A stretch of DNA of 64,000 nt. It comes from the human T2T-CHM13v2.0 reference genome, Homo sapiens. The DNA is taken from NCBI RefSeq assembly GCF_009914755.1, contig NC_060947.1. One strand, written 5' to 3'. Positions 57,131 through 64,000 of the stretch are shown one piece after another; positions within the stretch are counted from its first letter, which is position 1; each line of letters starts with the position of its first letter. Both the position numbers and the translations under genes were made by a program. The notes beneath the pieces are model-generated. The model made no database searches, was not told the DNA's origin, and saw only the letters and a list, made by a program, of their open reading frames with translations.

Positions 57131-60100
57131 AAACCAATGAAAGAACTCCATCCTTAATATTCTGTTCCTCTAGAACCACTCCTGGTACCAAAATCTATAT
57201 TAGTCGGGGTTCTCCAGACAGACAGAACTAATGGAATAGATATACATACATAAAGGGGAGTTTATTAAGTATTAACTCACGTAAGCACAAGGTCCCACAA
57301 TAGGCTATCTGCAGGCTGAGAAGCAAGGAGAGCCAGTCCAAGTTCCAAAACTGAAGAACTTGGAGTTCGATGTTCGAGGGCAGGAAGCATTCAGAATGGG
57401 AGAAAGATGTAGGGTGGAAGGTTAGGCCAGTCTCTCTTTTTCACATTTTTCTGCCTGCTTATATTCTAGCCATGCTGGCAGCTGATTAGATTGTGCCCAC
57501 TCAGATTAAAGGTGGGTCTGCCTTTCCCAACCCACTTACTCAAATGTTAATCTCCTTTAGCAACACTCTCACAGATACACCCAGGATCAATACTTTGTAT
57601 GATTCAATCCAATCAAGTTGACACTCAGTATTAACCATAGCAGCACCCTTGTCTCTTTCCAGTTCGCAGGAGGAATGCTTTCAACTTTCCCCGGTTCATT
57701 ACAATGTTGGCTGTCGGTTTGTAATAGATGGCTTTTATTACATTAAGGTGTGTCCCTTCTATGTCAATTTTGCTGAGGGTTTTAATCATAATAGAATGCT
57801 GGATTTTTGTCAAGTGCTTTTTCTGCATCTATTGAGCTGATCATGTAATTTTTGTGTTTAATTCTGTTTATGTGGTGTATCACAATTTTGACTTGCATTT
57901 GTTAAACCATTTCTGCATCCCTGGTATGAAACCCACTTGATCATGGAGGATTATCTTTTCGATGTGCTGTTGGCTTCTGTTAGGCATTGTTTTGTTGAGG
58001 TTTTTTGCATCTATATTCATCAAGGATATTGATATGTAGTTCTCCTTTTTTTGCTGTGTCCTTTCCTGGTTTTGGTAGTAGGATGATACTGGCTACATAG
58101 AATGATTTATGGAGGATTCCCTCTTTATCTTTTGGAATAGTGTCAATAGGATTGGTACCAATTCTTCTTTGAATTCTGGTAGAATTCAGCTGTGAAACCA
58201 TCTGCTCCTGGGCTTTTTTGTATTGGTAACTTTTTAATTACCATTTCAATCTCACTGCTTCTTATTGGTCTGTTCAGAGTTTCTATTTCTTTCTGATTTA
58301 AACTAGGAGGGTTGTGTATTTCCAGAACCTATTCATCTCCTCTAGATTTTCTAGTTTATGCACATAAAAGTGTTCATAGTAGCCTTGAATGATCTTTTCT
58401 ATTTCTGTGGTATCAGTTTTAATATCACCCATTTTGTTTCTAATGAAACTTATTTGGATTCTCTCTTCTTTTCTTGGTTAATATAGCTAATGGTCTATCA
58501 ATTTTATCTTTTCAAAGAACCAGCTTCTGTTTCATTTGTCTTTTGTATTTTCTGTTCGTTTGTTTAAATTTTATTTAGTTCTGCTCTGATTTTGGTTACC
58601 TCTTTTTTTCTGCTGGGTTTGGGTTTGGGTTTGGTTTGTTCTTGTTTCTCTAGCTCCTTGAGGTGTGACCTTAGATTGTCTATTTGTGATTTTTCAGACT
58701 TTTTGTTGTAGGCATTTAAAGTTATAAACTTTCCTTTTAGCACTGCATTTGCTGTGTTCCAGAGGTTTTGATAGGCTGTGTCACTATTATTGTTCAGTTC
58801 AAAGAATTTTTAATTTCTGTCTTGATTTTATTGTTGACCCAATGATCATTCAGGAGTGTGTTATTTAATTTCCATGTATTTGCATGGTTTTGAGGGTTCC
58901 TTTTGGAGTTGATTTCCTGTTTTATACTAAGGTGGTCTGAGAGAATACTTGCTATAATTTCAATTTTCCTAAGTTTGTTGAGACTTGTTTCATGGTCTAA
59001 CATATGGTCTGTCTTGGAGAATGTTCCATGTGCTAATGAATAGAATGCATATTCTGCAGTTGTTGGATATAATGTTCTGTAAATATCTGTTAAGTTCATT
59101 TATTCCAGGGTACAGTTTAAGTGTATTGTTTCTTTATTTACTTCCTGTCTTGATGACCTGTCTAGTGCTGTCAGTGGAGTATTAAAGTCCCCCACTATTA
59201 CTGTGTTGCTGTCTATCACATTTCTTAGGTCTAGTAGTAATTGTTTTATTAATTTGAGTTCTCCAGTGTTAGGTGGATATATATTTAGAATTGCAATATT
59301 TCCTGTTGGACTACTCCTTTTATCATTATATTATGTCTCTCTTTGTCTGATGTAAGAATAACCACTCCTGCCCTTTTTTAGTGTCTATTTGCATGGAATA
59401 TATTTTTCCACCCCTTTACCTTAAGTGTATATAAGTTCTTGTGTGTCTGATGAGTCTCTGGAAGACAGCAGATCCTTGGTTGGTGACTGCTTATTCATTC
59501 TGCCATTTTGTAGCTTTTAAGTGGAGAATTTAGGCCATTTACATTCAATGTCAGTATTGAGATGTTAGCTATGATTCCGTTAATTGTGCTATTTATTGCC
59601 TGAATATCTTGGCTTTTTTCATTGAGTTGTTGTTTTATAGGCCCTGTGAGATTTATGCTTTAAAGAGCTTATATTTTAATGTATTTCACAAATTTGTTTC
59701 AAAATTTAGAGCTGCTTCTAACAGTTCTTGTAGTGCTGGCTTGGTAGTGGCAAATTCTCTCAGCATTTGACTGAAAATGGCTAACTTTCCTTCATTTATG
59801 GAGCTTAGTTTTGCTGCATACAAAATTATTTGCTAATAATTGTTTTCTTTAAGGAGGCTAAAAATAGGATCCCAATCCCTTCTAGCCTGTAGAGTTTCTG
59901 CTGAGGAATCTGCTGTTTAATCTGATAGGTTTTCCTTTATAGGTTACCTGATGATTTTGCCTTACAACCCTTAAGATTATTTCCTTCATCTTGACTTTAG
60001 ATAACCTGATGACTATGCACCTAGGTGATGATATTTTGCAATGAATTTCCCAGGTGTTCTTTGAGCTTCTTGTATTTGGATGTCTAGATCTCTAGCAAGG

Positions 60101-61457
60101 CCATGGATGTTTTTCTTGATTATTCCCTCAAATATAATTTCCAAACTTTTAGATTACTCTTCTTCCTCAGCAATGCCAATTATTTTTAGGTTTTGTTGTT
60201 TAACATAATCCCAAACATCTTGGAGGCTTTGCTCATTTTTTTTAATCTTTTTTTTCTCTTTGTTGGATTGGGTTAACTCAAAAGCCTTGTCTGCAAGCTC
60301 TGTCATTCTTTCTTCTACTTGTTTGATTCTGTTGCTGAGATTTTCCAGTGCATTTGCAATTCTCTAAGTGTGTCCTTCATTTCCAGAAGTTGTGATTGTT
60401 TTTTATTTATGCTATTTCACTAGACTTTTTTCCATTTATATCTTGATTTTTAAAAATTTATTTAGGTTGGGACTTCACCTTTCTGTAGTGCATCCTTGAT
60501 CAGTGAGTCCTGTTTCTGGCAATTCAGATATTTGTTTTTGGTTTGGTTCTATTCCTGATGAGCTAGTGTGATATTTTTGGAGTGTTAAAGAATGTTGTTT
60601 TGTCTTATTACCAGAACTGTTTATCTGATTCCTTGCCATTTGGGTAAATTATGTCAGAGGGAAGATCAGGGACTCAAGAGCTTCTGTTCTGGTTCTTTTG
60701 CCCCATGAGGCAATCCCTTGATGTGGTGCTTTCCCCTTCCCCTAGGGTTAGGGCTTCCTGAGAGCTGAACTGCAGTGATTTTCTTCTCTTCTGGATTTAG
60801 CCAGAACTACCAGGTTCTGGGCTGGTACTGGGGAGTGTCTTCAGAGTCCTGTGATGTGATTCATCTTCAGGTCTCGGTCATGCATACCAGCACCTGCTCT
60901 GGTGGAGGTAGTAGGGGAGCAAAGTGGACTCTGTGATGGTCCTTGGTTGTGTTTATGTTAGGTGTTATGGTTTTGTGATGGTTGGCCTCCAGCCAGGAGG
61001 TGGCGTTTTCAAGAGTACATCATCTGTGGTAGCATAGGAAGGATCAGGCAGTGGGCAGGGCCATAGATCTCCCAAGAGATTATGTCCTTTGTCTTTAGCT
61101 ACCAGGGCAGGTAGAGAAAGACCATCAAGTGGGGGTGGAGTTAGACCTGTCTGAGCTCAGACTCTCCTTGGGCAGGGCTTGCTGTAGCTGCTGTGGGGGA
61201 TGGGGTTGTGGTTCCCAGCCAAATGGAGTTATGTTCCCAGGGGGATTGTGGCTGCTTCTGCTGTGTCACACAGGTTGCCAGGGAAATTGGGGAATCCAGC
61301 AGCCACCTGCCTCACCCAGCTCCCATGCAGCCCACAGCCTGAAGGCCCAGTCTCACTCTCACCATGCCCTTCACAACAGCACTCTTTATTTTCATGCAGC
61401 CAGTCAGCAGGGCTGAGAACTTGCCCCAGGTTACAGGCTGCCCAGCTAAGAAAACAA

Positions 61458-63043
61458 TTTGTAGATTTAATGCCATCCCCATCAAGCTACCAATTACTTT
61501 CTTCACAGAATTGGAAAAAACTACTTTAAAGTTCATATGGAAACAAAGAAGAGCCCACACTGCCAAGACAATCCTAAGCCAAATGAGGAAAGATGGAGGC
61601 ATCACGCTACCTGACTTCAAACTATACTACAAGGCTACAATGACCAGAACAGCATGGTACTGGTACCAAAACAGAGATATAGATCAATTGAACAGAACAG
61701 AGCCCTCAGAAATAATACCACACATCTACAACCATCTGATCTTTTACAAACCTGACAAAAACAAGAAATGGGGAAAGGATTCCCTTTTTAATAAAGGTGC
61801 TGGGAAAACTGGCTAGCCATATGTAGAAAGCTGAAACTGGATCCCTTCCTTATACCTTATACAAAAATTAATTCAAGATGGATTAAAGGCTTAAATGTTA
61901 GACCTAAAACCATAAAAACCCTAGAAAAAAACTTAGGCAATACCATTCAGGACATAGGCATGGGCAAGGACTTCATGTCTAAAACACCAAAAGCAATGGC
62001 AACAAAAGCCAAAATTGAGAAATGGGATCTAATTAAACTAAAGAGCTTCTGCACAGCAAAAGAAACTACCATCAGAGTGAACAGGCAACCTACAGAATGG
62101 GAGAAAATTTTTGCAATTTTCTTCTCTGACAAAGGGCTAATATCAAGAATCTACAAAGTACTCAAACAAATTTACAAGAAAAAATCAAACAACCCCATCA
62201 AAAAGTGGGCGAAGGATATGAACAGACACTTCTCAAAAGAAGACATTTATGCAGCCAAAAAACACATGAAAAAATGCTCATCATCATTGGCAGTCAGAGA
62301 AATGTAAATCAAAACCACAACGAGATACCATCTCACACCAGTTAGAATGACAATCATTAAAAAGTCAGGAAATAATAGGTACTGTAGAGGATGTGGAGAA
62401 ATAGGAACACTTTTACACTGTTGGTGGGAGTGTAAACTAGTTCAACCATTGTGGAAGACAGTGTGGCAATTCCTCAAGGATCTAGAACTAGAAATACCAT
62501 TTGACCCAGCCATCCCATTACTGGGTATATACCCAAAAGATTATAAATCATGCTGCTATAAAGACACATGCACACATGTGTTTATTGTGGCACTATTCAC
62601 AATAGCAAAGACTTGGAACCCAGCCAAATGTCCAACAATGATAGATTGGATTAAGAAAATGTGGCACATATACACCATGGAATACTATGCAGCCATAAAA
62701 AATGATGAGTTCATATCCTTTGTACGGACATGGATGAAGCTGGAAACCATCATTCTCAGCAAACTATCTCAGGGACAAAAAACCAAACACCATATGTTCT
62801 CACTCATAGATGGGAATAGAACAATAAGAACACTTGGACACAGGAAGGGGAACATCACACACTGGGGCCTGTCGTGCGGTGGGGGGAGGGGAGAGGGAAT
62901 AGCATTAGGAGATATACCTAAGGTTAAATGAGGAGTTAATGGGTGCAGCACACCAACATGGCACATGTATACATATGTAACAAACCTGCACGTTGTGCAC
63001 ATGTACCCTAGAACTTAAAGTACAATAAAAATAAAAAAGAAGA
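61458..63043 (+). mobile_element. 5'-truncated L1PA5-like element in the L1PB 5'UTR
   Basis: ORFs 61364..61816, 61960..62307 and 62347..62931 are the ORF2 C-terminus; TSD aagaaaacaa at 61448-61457 and 63044-63053. Confidence 0.93.
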
Positions 63044-63273
63044 AAGAAAACAAGCAAACTCACAGTTCCTTGGCTGTTCCATGAAGACTGCAGTGGCAAT
63101 CCACCTCCTTCAAAGGGTCTGCGGATTCTCTTGGTTTTCCTGGTATGTTCCTGTGGTAGTTTTTGGAGCAAAAGTTCATGATGTGGGTCTCTATACACTG
63201 CTCTGTCTGACTTACCGGGAGTTGCAAGTTAGTCCTGCCTCCTATCCACCATTTCCCCCTCTTCTGCAATACT

Positions 63274-64000
63274 ACTAATTGGGGTTTATTCCACATATGT
63301 TGGTTCAATTTTTGAAATTCAAATAATTTAATCCACCACATCATCATGTGAAAGAAAAAAAATCACATGCTTATAATCATTAGTGCAGAAAAAGTGTTTG
63401 ACCAAATCTAATACCTATTAATGATAAAAACTCTCAGTGAACTAGAAATAGAGAGCAAATACCTCAAGTCAACAAAAAATTTCTAAAAAAACCCTATAGC
63501 TAATATCACTTAATGATGAGATACTGTATGTTTTCTCCCCTAAGATGACAGCAAGGTAAGGATGTTCCCTCTCACCATTTCTGTTCAATAGCATACTGGA
63601 AGTTCTAGCTAATGCAGTAAGACAAGAAAGGGAAATACAGTATATGCAGATTGGAAAGAAAAAAATAAAACTATCATGGTGCACAGATAACATAAGTATC
63701 TATGTAGAAAATGACAAAGAATCAACAACAACAAAAACTCCTGGATGTAATGTGCTACTATTGTAAGGTCACGAGATACAAGATTAAAGTACAAAATCCA
63801 TTTTTTCCTTTATAACAGTGAGTAAAAATGAAAATTTGAAATTAATTTCAAATTCATAACACCATTTTACATCAAGAAAATAAAATAATTAGGTATAAGT
63901 GTAACAAAACATGTACAGAATCTATATATGCTAAATTATAAAATTATAGTAAAATTATTAATGATCTAAATGAACAGTGAAATAATATAGTTCATGAATT
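63274..64000 (+). mobile_element. Old L1M ORF2 (RT region), continuation of 47525-48965
   Basis: gcagaaaaagtgtttgac...aaggatgttccctctcacc...ctggaagttctagc resumes where 48965 stops. Confidence 0.8.

Overview
AT-rich, repeat-saturated primate (most likely human) genomic DNA. The only cellular gene is an intronless NAP1-family retrogene on the minus strand (~11.9-13.4 kb). Its 107-aa ORF matches, from memory, human NAP1L6/NAP1L6P on Xq13. Behind that ORF lies a full-length NAP1L2-like reading frame broken by frameshifts, three TAG stops and an Alu insertion. The rest is layered transposable elements: a full-length but dead L1PA3-type LINE-1; L1PA, L1PB, L1MA and L1M copies; a two-LTR HERV-L (MLT2A) provirus with gag, pol and dUTPase remnants; a MER61-type provirus with an env remnant; MER21-type proviruses; solo LTRs (MER31, MER74, MER77-like, MST, MLT1); five Alus; Tigger3a; L2 fragments; and microsatellites. 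I found no evidence of a new multi-gene biological system. The most interesting signals are the truncated NAP1L6 ORF, a ~200-bp polyadenylated insert with a perfect 16-bp TSD, a templated/snap-back repair scar in a MER21 LTR, an L1-in-L1 insertion that lost its right TSD, and a four-level nest of elements. Repeat subfamily names come from recalled consensus features and need RepeatMasker/Dfam confirmation.
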